A stretch of 64,000 bases of DNA. Source: Ranitomeya imitator (taxonomy: Eukaryota). Below the pieces are notes generated by a model, which was not told the origin of the DNA, searched no databases, and saw nothing but the letters and a program-made list of their open reading frames with translations. Location of the stretch: NCBI RefSeq assembly GCF_032444005.1, contig NC_091288.1, forward strand, positions 13,888,001 to 13,952,000. Direction: 5' to 3'. Positions 11,679 through 23,565 of this stretch are shown piece by piece. Position 1 is the stretch's first letter. Each line of letters starts with the position of its first letter. Both the position numbers and the translations under genes were made by a program.

Positions 11679-12537
11679 TTAATGGATTAAGTGTGTAGAA
11701 CACCTGGAATAATTTATCCCTAATGACAAAGAATACAAAGGAAATTCTCAGGAACCGTTCACATTCTGAACATCAGGATGTATAAATAGGCAGCAATACG
11801 AGAAAAATGCAGAGTCGTTAATGACTCCGATGAAACTAAGAACTCGCTCTGATTTGTGCAAAGAACAAGCTGTACTGCCAAGATGCCTTGTCATTAAATC
11901 AGAACGTGCAGAAGCAGAAAAGTGACGAACGGAACCATCAGCCTCATCCCAGCAGGAAGATCTCTGCAGAGTGAATCTGTCCCCTCATGTCCCTACAGCA
12001 AACTGTTATCATAAAGATAAGTATATAACAATCCTGAATAGGTGATCACGGACACCCACATAAAGAACAAATCCTACAACTCAACATCTGCCCTCATATC
12101 TCCAAATGCTGCCCTTGATGTGATTGCTACATGTTTTAGTCTTTAATGGTATAGTTATTTCATATCGTATTGGTGACTCAGTCTGTCTATGTTTATATTG
12201 TTTTTGGTCACGCACTTCACTCTTGATGTGTTCTGTTATGATATGCCTTTGTATCCGTTACCTTATGGCCATATTCTCCCCTCTTACAAAGATACCTCGT
12301 TGGTGATTTAGTGGGTGTGCGCATGCGTGCCGCCACTCATGGTTCCTGGCATCGGCGCGTCTTTCTGCTTTTCTCGCACGCCTGGGAGCTCCCCCCCTCC
12401 CCAGCAATGCATGACTCTCCATTGTATCTGCCGGGACCTGGGATGAGCATTGCACACGCGCCGCATAAACCACTATCATTGGCTCCTTATGCATCACGTG
12501 TCGCCATAAAACGTCCTGTTTGCCAAACCTTAACATT

Positions 12538-12583
12538 CCCCTTGATAAAGCGGTGCATTTGACACGCGAAACGAGCGTCGGGG
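12538..12583 (+). ncRNA. Type I hammerhead variant with U3-A8 covariation
   Basis: CCCC-TTGATAA-A-GCGGTG-CATTTGA-CACGC-GAAA-CGAGCG-TC-GGGG: stem I CCCC/GGGG, stem II, GAAA, GUC triplet; core reads UUGAUAA instead of CUGAUGA. Confidence 0.6.
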
Positions 12584-12631
12584 TCTTCTACACATGGCCC
12601 AGGGTCGGTCCTACTATCTCTGCCCGCGGTA

Positions 12632-12948
12632 AGGGTACAGTCACACAGTGGCATTTTGATCGCTACGACGGCACGATCCGTGACGCTCCAGCATCGTAAC
12701 ATTATCACTCCAGCGTCGTAGACTGCTGTCACACTTTGCAATGTACGACGCTGGAGCGATAATTTCATGACGTATGTGCGATGTAGAAGCCGTTGGTTAC
12801 TATGCGCACATCGTATACAATATCGTGCACACAGCGTGGAGGAGCGTGTCAGACACTGCGAGATCGCTGGAACGTCACGGATATATCGCTGGAACGTCAC
12901 GGATCGTGCCGTCGTAGCGATCAAAATGCCACTGTGTGACGGTACCCT
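12632..12948. mobile_element. MITE with ~55-bp TIRs (superfamily uncertain: TA or TWA target)
   Basis: AGGGTACAGTCACACAGTGGCATTTTGATCGCTACGACGGCACGATCCGTGACG ... CGTCACGGATCGTGCCGTCGTAGCGATCAAAATGCCACTGTGTGACGGTACCCT, with TA on both flanks. Confidence 0.88.
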
Positions 12949-13349
12949 TAGTCTTGCCCCCTTTTGTGTTTACCCTTCGACTAATTCTATTTGATATCCT
13001 CTCTGATGGGTTCCCGTACCATTCTATGTACTATTGCACTGGCATTCTACATAGTAAAACTTTCCATGCACATTCGGGCAGTTGCAATTGTTAGCACCCT
13101 GTCTATTCTGCTTTCATCCTGCTGTTGTCTCATAATGTACAGTTTTGATTGTTATGTTAGATACATACGTTTTTTACTGAATCATTAATAAAATGTTTCT
13201 TACTAGTTACACCTGAGTGCTCCTTTCATGCATGTTTCTTGGAGTGGGTGTTTGCTCCTTTTTTCTTTGATGGGCTACGTATAGCCCTATTCTATGACAT
13301 TGAACACGTCAATGAGGTTTTTGTGTATACTAAATATCTCCAGATGGAA

Positions 13350-13915
13350 TATTATTATTTTTATTATTTATTTATTTATGTAGCACCATTAATTCCATGG
13401 TGCTGTACATGAGAAGGGGTTACAGAAAAGTTACAAATATCACATACAGTAAGCAAACTAACAATAACAGACTGATACAGAGGGGCGACGACCCTGCCCC
13501 TGCGGGCTTACATTCTACAGGATGGTGGGGAAGGAGACAGTAGGTCGAGGGTTGCAGTAGCTCCAATGGTGTTGAGGTGGCCGTGTGGTCATTACAGGTT
13601 GTAAGCTTCTTTGAAGAGGTGGGTTTTCAGGTTTCTTTTGAAGGATCCAAATGTGGTGGATAACCGGATGTGTTGGGGCAAAGAGTTCCAGAGGATGGGG
13701 GATATTCGGGAGAAGTCTTGGAGGCAGTTGGGTGAGGAGCGAATAAGCGTGGAGGAGAGAAGGAGGTCTTGGGAGGACCAGAGATTACGTGAGGGAAGAT
13801 ATCGGGAGATTAGTGTGGAAATATACGGAGGAGAAAGGTTATGGATGGCTTTGTAGGTCACTGTTAGTAGTTTAAACTGGATACGCTGAGGGAATGGGTG
13901 CCAGTGAAGAGATTC
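13350..13915 (-). mobile_element. L2-type LINE 3' fragment
   Basis: ORF 13592-13936 (LHWHPFPQRIQFKLL...FKRNLKTHLFKEAY) is homologous to the C-terminus of the 9946 L2 ORF; ends in an (ATT/AAT)n-rich tail. Confidence 0.85.
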
Positions 13916-14065
13916 TTGCAAAGAGAATACTGCCACCTATGTACAAAATTATAACTACTATAACACTGCCCCTATGTACAAGAATATAACTACTATAATA
14001 CTGCCCCTATGTACAAGAATATAACTACTATAATACTGCCCCTATGTACAAGAATATAACTACTA

Positions 14066-14525
14066 CTAGATTGTGGCCCGATTCTAACGCATCGGGTATT
14101 CTAGAATATGCATGTCCCCGTAGTATATGGACAATGATGATTCCAGAATTCGCGGCAGACTGTGTCCGTCGCTGATTGGTCAAAGCAACCTTTATGACAT
14201 CATCGTCGCCATGGCAACCATTATGACATCATCGTCGCTGTGCCCGTTGCTGATTGGTCGAGGCCTGGTGGCATCGACCAATCAGACGCGGGATGTCTAC
14301 ATCCTTTATGACATCATCGTCGCTGTGCCCATTGCTGATTGGTCGAGGCCTGGCGGCCTCGACCAATCAGAGACGCAGGATTTCTACGTCAATACTGTGC
14401 CGGTCTCTGATTGGTTGAGGCCTGGCGGCCTCGACCAATCAGAGAGCCGGGATTTCCAGGACAGACAGACAGACAGACAGAAAGACAGACAGACGGAAAA
14501 AGCCTTAGGCAATTATATATATAGA
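14066..14525 (-). mobile_element. Non-autonomous Helitron (460 bp)
   Basis: Minus strand: A|TCTATATATATAATT ... CCCGAT-GCGTTAGA-ATCGGG hairpin ... CTAG|T. Removing it restores TACTACTA+TAATACTG of the host minisatellite, with no TSD. Confidence 0.88.
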
Positions 14526-15863
14526 TAATACTGTCCCTATATACAAGAATATAACTACTATAATACTGTCCCTATGTACAGGAATGTAACTACTATAATA
14601 CTGCTCATATGTACAAGAATATAACTACTATAATACTGCCCCTATGTACAAGAATATAACTACTATAATACTGCCCCCTATGTACAAAAATATAACTACT
14701 ATAATACTGCCCCTATGTACAAGAATATAACTGCTATAATACTGCCCCTATATACAAGAATATAACTACTATAATACTGCCCCTATATACAAGAATATAA
14801 CTACTATAATACTGCCCCTATATACAAGAATATATCTACTATAATACTGCCCCTATGTACAAGAATATAACTACTATAATACTGCCCCTATATACAAGAA
14901 TATATCTACTATAATACTGCTCCTATGTACAAGAATATAACTAGTATAATACTGCTCCTATGTACAAGAATATAACTACTATAATACTGCCCCTATGTAC
15001 AAGAATATAACTACTATAATACTGCCCCCTATGTACAAAAATATAACTACTATAATACTGCCCCTATGTACAAGAATATAACTGCTATAATACTGCCCCT
15101 ATATACAAGAATATAACTACTATAATACTGCCCCTATATACAAGAATATAACTACTATAATACTGCCCCTATATACAAGAATATATCTACTATAATACTG
15201 CCCCTATGTACAAGAATATAACTACTATAATACTGCCCCCTATGTACAAAAATATAACTACTATAATACTGCCCCTATGTACAAGAATATAACTGCTATA
15301 ATACTGCCCCTATATACAAGAATATAACTACTATAATACTGCCCCTATATACAAGAATATAACTACTATAATACTGCCCCTATATACAAGAATATAACTA
15401 CTATAATACTGCCCCTATGTACAAGAATATAACTACTATAATACTGCCCCTATGTACAAGAATATAACTACTATAATACTGCTCCTATGTACAAGAATAT
15501 AACTACTATAGTACTGCCCCTATATACAAGAATATAACTACTATAATACTGCCCCTATGTACAAGAATATAACTACTATAGTACTGCCCCTATATACAAG
15601 AATATAACTACTATAATACTGCCCCTATGTACAAGAATATAACTACTATAATACTGCCCCTATATACAAGAATATAACTACTATAATACTGCCCCTATGT
15701 ACAAGAATATAACTACTATAGTACTGCCCCTATATACAAGAATATAACTACTATAATACTGCCCCTATGTACAAGAATATAACTACTATAATACTGCCCC
15801 TATGTACAAGAATATAACTACTATAATACTGCTCCTATGTACAAGAATATAACTACTATAAAA

Positions 15864-16752
15864 TGTGGCACCCCTAGGGAAATTTGCCACAAAAATAGTT
15901 ACTGACAGTAAGTACAAATACTAAAATAGCAAGACTGCACTACCACCTCCGGCCAGAAGGGGGAGCTCCAGAGACTCCCCTTGATCCATTCTGGTCTGAG
16001 AGAAGAAATGGCAGTTGGGCTAAGGAGCTGAAAGTGAGAGGTCATACAGTTGAATCTCTAACAGCCCTGTGACTGTTACCAGGTCTAAATCACCGGCCTG
16101 AGGAGAAGAGGGATAGAGAAAAAGGACATTGTGAGAACCGGGTAGCATTAATCACTACCCAGAACAGGCGCAAAGACGGATACCGGATCCGTGGCTGTAT
16201 TCATTACATATAATACAGCAACCGGAAAAACGTGAGGTGATATCAGCTTCACTAGGGTCGGACGCAGCAACAGACACAGAGTTCAGCGGTACTCCTGGAG
16301 GGGGTAAGCCGATAAAAGGACTCGGGTTGCCCGTCGAACCAGGACCCGGAGGGGACAGATTGGGCCGGCAGCCAGTTCACATACAGCAGCAGGGCCACAC
16401 AGAAATTGCGCACAATAAGAGGCGAAGACCCTGGCAGGGTCAAAGTAACTCAGAGTTCCCATACAGACTCCGGTGACAGGACTGGTTGTAAATCCTTTTA
16501 TGTTAAAGTAAACTGGTTAAACGTTTCAGTGCCTCAGTCTTTCATTTGGACAATAGCCATCTATCCAGGATCGGGATCATCACCGCTGGGAGAACCTGCT
16601 GCTGATCAAGTAAGTGCCTGTTCCCTCACGATACCCTTTACACTGTGCATTGCCTGAGGCCACAGCACCGGGTCAAGCCACCTGTGACATCCCCCTCAAG
16701 AGACAGACCCCATTGGTCCGGTGCTGGGTACCCCGGTCTCTTGGGCGTCACA
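15864..16752. mobile_element. Solo LTR (probably Gypsy/Ty3), 889 bp
   Basis: Termini TGTGGCACCCC ... GGGCGTCACA (TG...CA with short inverted ends). Flanks AAAA/AATA fit a 4-bp AATA TSD with one change; it sits inside the 35-bp array. Confidence 0.75.
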
Positions 16753-18818
16753 AATACTTCTCCTATATACAAGAATATAACTACCATAATACTGCCCCTA
16801 TATACAAGAATATAACTACTATAATACTGCCCCTATGTACAAGAATATAACTACTATAATACTGCCCCTATGTACAAGAATATAACTACTATAATACTGC
16901 CCCTATATACAAGAATATAACTACTATAATACTGCCCTTATGTACAAGAATATAACACATAGTGCTCCATACACTATAATGGTCCCATATAGTGCTCCAT
17001 ACAGTATAATGGTCCCACATAGTGATCCATACAGTATAATGGATGTTATACACCGGGGGCGAGGGGCTGGATGTTATACACTGGGGGATGAGGGGCTGGA
17101 TGTTATACCCAGGGGTGAGAGGCCGAATGGGGTGAGGGGCTGGATATTATACATCGGGGGCAAAAAGACTGAAGGAAAAACTTGAATTCAATACTTAAGA
17201 TGTCACAGTTGAGACACCAAATGTTTGGTCACCAGGTCTCCGGCTCAGCGGTGCCACCTCCAGCGATGATATGCGATGCATGCTCACCTTTAATGCGCAA
17301 AATACCAAGTTGCAGCCAAGTCGCTACAAAGCATCTAAGAAAAAACTAAAATATCAGATTGGCAGCTCCATGACATAGGTAATATGAATGACGGGGAGGA
17401 TCCACGCCGCCATCTGTCTGTCACACCTGAGGACACTGCTGCGGTGTAGGGATTAGGGGACTCGGGGGACATGAGGGAGCCCAGGAAAGAAGTGGGAAGG
17501 TGAAAGCGTCTTTATGGCAGCGATACGATGGACATGAAGACCCGCAGCAACATGTGAATCCAGGAGAGGGAAAAATGGCCGTATTATGGGAGGCTTGTGT
17601 CTGACATGGAGATTACGGCCGGCCATAGATACATTATCTCGGTACCTGTTACTTGCTGCGGGCACATTCTGCCCCATGGGTAACGTATATAATACAGGTG
17701 CATTCAGTGCCCCAATCCTGCATGGTCCCGGTGTGGGACTCACCATGCAATCTGCAGCTCTGCACTCAGTCCGAACACGCGCTGTCACCATGTCACTCTG
17801 GGGCGACTACGGGAACTAATTACCCCCTGGAGGGTCTGATATTCCGTTTTCTGGAGTCTGGCTGACATGACGTCTGCTATGCACAGCACACAGAGATGAG
17901 GGATTCCTGCTCTCCTGTCTATGCAGCACACGTTTAATACACATATTAGTCCATACGACAACCTTGGCAACACAGGTTACAGTCCGTAGCACGAGATACT
18001 AGCCGAACTCAGAAAAATGATAAACAAGGAGTATGTAGAATAATAAGGGAGATTTTATTAATACAACTAAAACTGATTAAAATGGATGTCAGACAAAAAA
18101 GAAGCAGCAAGGATTGGGAAGACAATCAAGGTGATGTACTGAATTATATTTAACAAAGTGGTCAAGTTAATCCCATGCACAATAACTGTATAAACCAAGT
18201 AGGGATTAATTATATGGCATTGTAAAGAGAAACACTGACAATAGTGCTCGGCGCAGTGCCGCCTTTCAGGCTACACAGGTAAAAGTGCAGTGAAAACGAA
18301 GCCATCTGGTACAGTCAGGGCAGCCACAGACAGCTTGCGGCCCCTGTGCAGGAAATGTGTCTGGGGGCCCCCCTCCTTTTAGGGCGACAAAGATACATAC
18401 ATACATAAATTATATTATATATATCTCCACACACACACATGTATATATTGCATAGTCTCCTTTATTATGAATATTGCCATTATTATACAGTGCCCTCCCT
18501 TGTTATGTACAGCACTGTCCCTTACATACTGGATTATATAGAGCCCTGTTTATTACATACCGTCCTATCTTGTTAGCTGTATAATTCAATGATGGCTGAT
18601 GGAGCATGGGAATGCTTCTTTTCTGAAGGAGGAGCTGATGAACTAGTCGTCGGGTCACCGGCTCCTCCATCAGCAGTCATTTTATATCTAACAAGAGAGG
18701 GGACTATGTAATAAAAGAGGGCGCTGTGAATAACAAAAATAACAAGAATAAACTATGTAAGAGACAGCGCTGTACATAACAGCAGAGGAAGCTATATAAT
18801 AAGGGACGGCACCATATA

Positions 18819-20447
18819 CAGTTAGGTCCATATATATTTGGACAGCAACAACATTTTTCTAATTTTGGTTATAGACATTACCACAATGAATTTTAAACAA
18901 ACCAATTCAGATGCAGTTGAAGTTCAGACTTTCAGCTTTCATTTGAGGGTATCCACATTAAAATTGGATGAAGGGTTTAGGAGTTTGAGCTCCTTAACAT
19001 GTGCCACCCTGTTTTTAAAGGGACCAAAAGTAATTGGACAGATTCAATAATTTTAAATAAAATGTTCATTTTTAGTACTTGGTTGAAAACCCTTTGTTGG
19101 CAATGACTGCCTGAAGTCTTGAACTCATGGACATCACCAAACGCTGTGTTTCCTCCTTTTTGATGATCTGCCAGGCCTTCACTGCGGTGGTTTTCAGTTG
19201 TTGTTTGTTTGTGGCCTTTCTGTCTGAAGTTTAGTCTTTATCAAGTGAAATGCTGCTCAATTGGGTTGAGATCAGGTGACTGACTTGGCCATTCAAGAAT
19301 ATTCCACTTCTTTGCTTTAATAATCTCCTGGGTTGCTTTGGCTTTATGTTTTGGGTCATGGTCCATCTGTAGTATGAAACGAGGACCAATCAGTTTGCTG
19401 CGTTTGGCTGGATCTGAGCACACAGTATGGCGGCTCTGAAGACCTCAGAATTCATTCGGCTGCTTCTGTCCTGTGTCACATCATCAATAAACACTAGTGA
19501 CCCAGTGCCACTGGCAGCCATGCATGCCCGCGCCATCACACTGCCTCCGCCGGGTCTTACAGATGATGTGGGATGCTTTGGATCATGAGCTGTACCACGC
19601 CTTCACCATACTTTTCTCTTTCCATCATTCTGGTAGAGGTTGATCTTGGTTTCATCTGTCCATACAATGTTCTTCCAGAACTGTGCGGCTTTTTTAGATG
19701 TTTTTAGCCTTTTTATTCTTGATGCTTATGAGTGGCTGCACCGTGCAGTGAACCCTCTGTAGTTACTTTCATGCAGTCTTCTCTTTATGGTAGATTTGGA
19801 TATTGATACGCCGACCTCCTGGAGAATGTTGGTCACTTGGTCGGCTGTTGTGAAGGGGTTTCTCTTCATCATGGAGATTATTCTGCGATCATCCACCACT
19901 GTTGTCTTCCGTGGGCGCCCAGGTCTTTTTGCATTGATGAGTTCACCAGTGCTTTCTTTTTTTCTCAGGATGGACCAAACTGTAGATTTTGCCTCTCCTA
20001 ATATTGTAGCAATTTCTCGGATGGGTTTTTTCTGTTTTCGCAGCTTAAGGATGGCTTGTTTCACCAGCATGGAGAGCTCCTTTCACCGCATGTTTACTTC
20101 ACAGCAAAACCTTCCAAATGCAGCACCACACCTCAAATCAACTCCAGGCCTTTTATCTGCTTAATTGAGAATGACATAACGAAGGGATTGCCCACACCTG
20201 TCCATGAAATGGCCCTGGAGTCAATTGTCCAATTACTTTTGGTCCATTTAAAAACAGGGTGGCACATGTTAAGGAGCTGAAACTCCTAAACCCTTCATCC
20301 AATTTTAATGTGGATACCCTCAAATGAAAGCTGAAAGTCTGAACTTCAACTGCATCTGAATTGTTTTGTTTAAAATTCATTGTGTTAATGTCTATACCCA
20401 AAATTAGAAAAATGTTGTCTTTGTCCAAATATATATGGACCTAACTG
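18819..20447 (-). mobile_element. Full-length but inactivated Tc1-family transposon (1629 bp, ~222-bp TIRs)
   Basis: TA|CAGTTAGGTCCATATATATTTGGAC ... GTCCAAATATATATGGACCTAACTG|TA. Transposase frame runs from ATG 20091 to TAA 19072 (1020 nt), with TGA at codon 3 and frameshifts; fragments MLVKQAILKLRKQKK... and LQMDHDPKH...WPSQSPDLNPIE. Confidence 0.95.
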
Positions 20448-20924
20448 TATAACTAGAGAGGATGGTATGTAATAAGGGACGATGTTATACATAACAAAAG
20501 AGGAATCTATGTAACTAAGGATGGTGTTATACATAATAAGTGAGTACACTATACACGAAGGGACTGTGTTAGTATTTGCGTATTGGACTAAAATGTAACC
20601 TTTATTCAAATCCTTAAAAAGTTATAAATGCAATAAGCAAAAAGAAAAACAAATGTGCAAGGTGCATACGCAAACAACATTAAAAACTTTAGGGATTGCA
20701 CATGATACTATGGGGCACTCATAGATAAACCCCTATATTTTCAATAGTCTGACCCTGTATTACTTCACCAGTCCACAACCCTTTATCTTGTTGGTACAAG
20801 GTCTGTGAATCTACTCTCTTCGGATAAGACTTATTTGACAGAGCCAATGCTGTGGTCATGCCCGATCAGTGCATAGGGACTGTCTTAGACATAATAATCG
20901 ATAATAACGTCTTCCTCCTCCTCC

Positions 20925-21470
20925 TCCCCCTGTTCCTAAATCCATTATAAATCCCCCTTACTCCATCTCAATTTCCCACACCCCTCATTGTCCTCCTCCC
21001 TCCCCACATCCCATTATTGCCCTCTCCCCCACCCCCATGATTGCCCTCTTCACCACCTCCTTCATTGCTTTCTCCCCACCACCCCATTATTGCCCATTCC
21101 ACCACCTTCATCATTCCTCCTCCCCATCATTGCCCTTTCCACAACCACTATCATTGTCTTTTCCCCCCCATCATTACCCATTCCACGACCTCCATCATTT
21201 CCTCCTCCCCACCATCCCCATCATTACCCTTTCCACTACCACCATCATTGTATTTTCCCCCACCACCCCATGATTGCCCATTCCACCGCCTCCATCATTT
21301 CCTTCTCCCTCCACCCCCATTATTGCCCATTCACCACCTCCATCATTTCCCCCTCCCCCACCACCCCATCATTGCCCTCTCCGTCAACCCAATCATTGCC
21401 TTCCGCCCCATCCCTCCATCATTACCCTCCTCCACCTACACTCACAGCACCACTCACATCTGCATGCACA
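20925..21470. repeat. Degenerate C-rich low-complexity repeat (CCACCACCCCATCATTGCCC-like)
   Basis: Recurrent CCCATCATT/CCCATTATT cores with very few G on the + strand; explains the Pro/His-rich ORFs. Confidence 0.8.
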
Positions 21471-23565
21471 CACACCTCACCTCTGCGCACGGTATCCTGA
21501 AGCCGCACCATCGCCGACAGCATCCTGTTTCGCACAGCTGCGGCGCTGAATGATGATGTAATTCAGCCGCTGCTGTGTGAGATAGGAAGCGCGGGCAGGA
21601 AGCAGGACGGATCCATTCCCTGCAGTTCTGCTCCGTTGCCATTTTCTCTTGAAACCAGCGGAGCTGCCGGGATTGCTCCCTGCCTGCCGCACATGAGGAC
21701 AATCTGGCCAGAGGCCCCCCGGAGCCTCGGGCCGGATAAACTGGCCAGATAGCCCTCATTATTAGCCGCCCTGCAGGGCTCCCCCCCCGGAGTCTCTGGG
21801 CCCCAATGCAGCCGCACTGGTTGAACAGGCGATATATCCGCCCATGGCTACAGTATAATATTTAGGTACAAATATAGTTGTATCTCTGTTACTATAGACG
21901 AGAATCAACTGGTCACAGTTAGCATAAAGTGCCCCTGTGCATATAGATTAAGATGTTGCTGAAGTTTTCAGGCCAATGATGAAAATAAATAAGGCAGACT
22001 CCACACCATACCAACACACATTGTGTGCTCCAAATAGACTATCAGTATGAATTAGAACCACATTGCAAAAAAGTGCAAATGCATTTGTGTTACCTAAGTT
22101 GCAGGCCACGTAAAAGCAAGAAGCAGCTGCGTCTCCCACCTCAACGCGCGTTTCGCGTAACTGCACCAATAGTCAGGATGTTCACTGACCAGTTGGTTCT
22201 CATCTATAGTAACACAGATACAACTATATTTGTACCTAAATATTATACTGTAACCTCCTCTTTACCAGATAGCATCTTTTTCTCTTGTACTTTTAATTGT
22301 GTAGACTGAAAGGCGACACTGCGCCAAGCACTATTGTCAATGTTTCTCTTTACAATGCCATATACCATAATTAATCCTTTTAGAAAGGTATTGCCTACTT
22401 GATGCATACAGTTATTGTACATCGGATTAACTTGACCACTTTGTTAAATATAATTCAGCATATCACCTTGATTGTGTTCCCAATCGTTAATGCGTCTTTT
22501 TTGTCTGACATGAGGCATCCATTTTAATCAGTTTTCACTGTATTATTCTACATACTCCTTGTTGCTCGGTTTTCTGAGCTCGACTAGTATCACGTGTTTA
22601 AAGTAGCAGCAAAATGGAGGACATTATACCGCAACACTGAGCAGTGTAGCTGTGCCTTCAGCTCCGGGGAGAGATAAACTCTTACTATAAAGCATAAGTG
22701 TTGTGGAAGACATTATATCGCAGTAATGAGCAGTGTAGCTATGATTTACAACACTTGTGCCTCAGTTACTTTGCTTCCCCCACACACTCATCTCCATAGA
22801 CTGCAGTAGGCAGCTGTAATCTGATTCCTCAGTGAGCTTGCAGTGCATAACAAGGTACATTTTGCCTCTGTTTTGAAATGAAGAATGCTCTCAGGAGGCA
22901 GGAGAATGAAGACTAGAGGCTCATAAGAGATAGATGATTTATCTGATACATTACAAAGTTTCTTATAAAAATGATTTATATAACTTTTTTGGAACAACAG
23001 TGGCCATTTCTGGCTGCGCTCACACACATCTTTTTTTTTTCTATTGGTGCCTGTAAAAAATACCGGGAATTTCAATTATTTATTTTTTCAGAGCATTTTT
23101 GAGCCTTTTTTCAGCTCTATCATACAAAAATATTAACAAACACATATCCTAAAATAGTTTTTGGTGATTTAAGTCTTAAAGAAAAAGCTTCCTTTGTCGC
23201 ATACAGTGAGCGATCACCACGCAGCTTTCATTTCTCTTTTTTTCTGGACCGTCGCATTAGTTACAATGTTTCCTCTGATGTTGGTATTTCTTGATAATTT
23301 TTTCTTCCCTAACTCCTCTCACCGCTGATCCTCTCGGATGACAGGCGCCCGTGCAGAGGTTTAGGACCACCAGCAGCATATTTATTCCATCTGCCTCTAA
23401 ATTTGCTTTGACAGCTGAAATAAAAAGAGATGGACGCTCTTAAAGTGATCAGTCACCTCCGCGGACAGAAGACACAGCACCCACAGAGGATCTCCAAATC
23501 ACCAGACACAAAGGGAATCTGGGAAATGACGGCTACATATTTTACCTTCTGTGTTAGAAGACATA

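Larger units (their letters stand above)
12120..13330 (+). mobile_element. Probable Penelope-like element terminal repeat (pLTR) remnant, interrupted by a MITE; boundaries approximate
   Basis: AT-rich non-coding segment containing a hammerhead variant (12538-12583) and an AATAAA at about 13187; no intact RT or GIY-YIG ORF recognised. Confidence 0.45.
13925..16953. repeat. 35-bp minisatellite (TACTGCCCCTATGTACAAGAATATAACTACTATAA)n, about 48 copies, interrupted by a Helitron and a solo LTR
   Basis: Visible tandem unit in three blocks: 13925-14065, 14526-15863 and 16753-16953. Confidence 0.97.

Noticed and set aside
17051-17160. G-run cluster as a functional G-quadruplex
   Set aside because: Part of a short degenerate repeat far from any promoter; no evidence of function.
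20988-21553. Pro/His-rich ORFs resembling extensin or mucin
   Set aside because: Low-complexity C-rich repeat, open in several frames, with no start or splice support.
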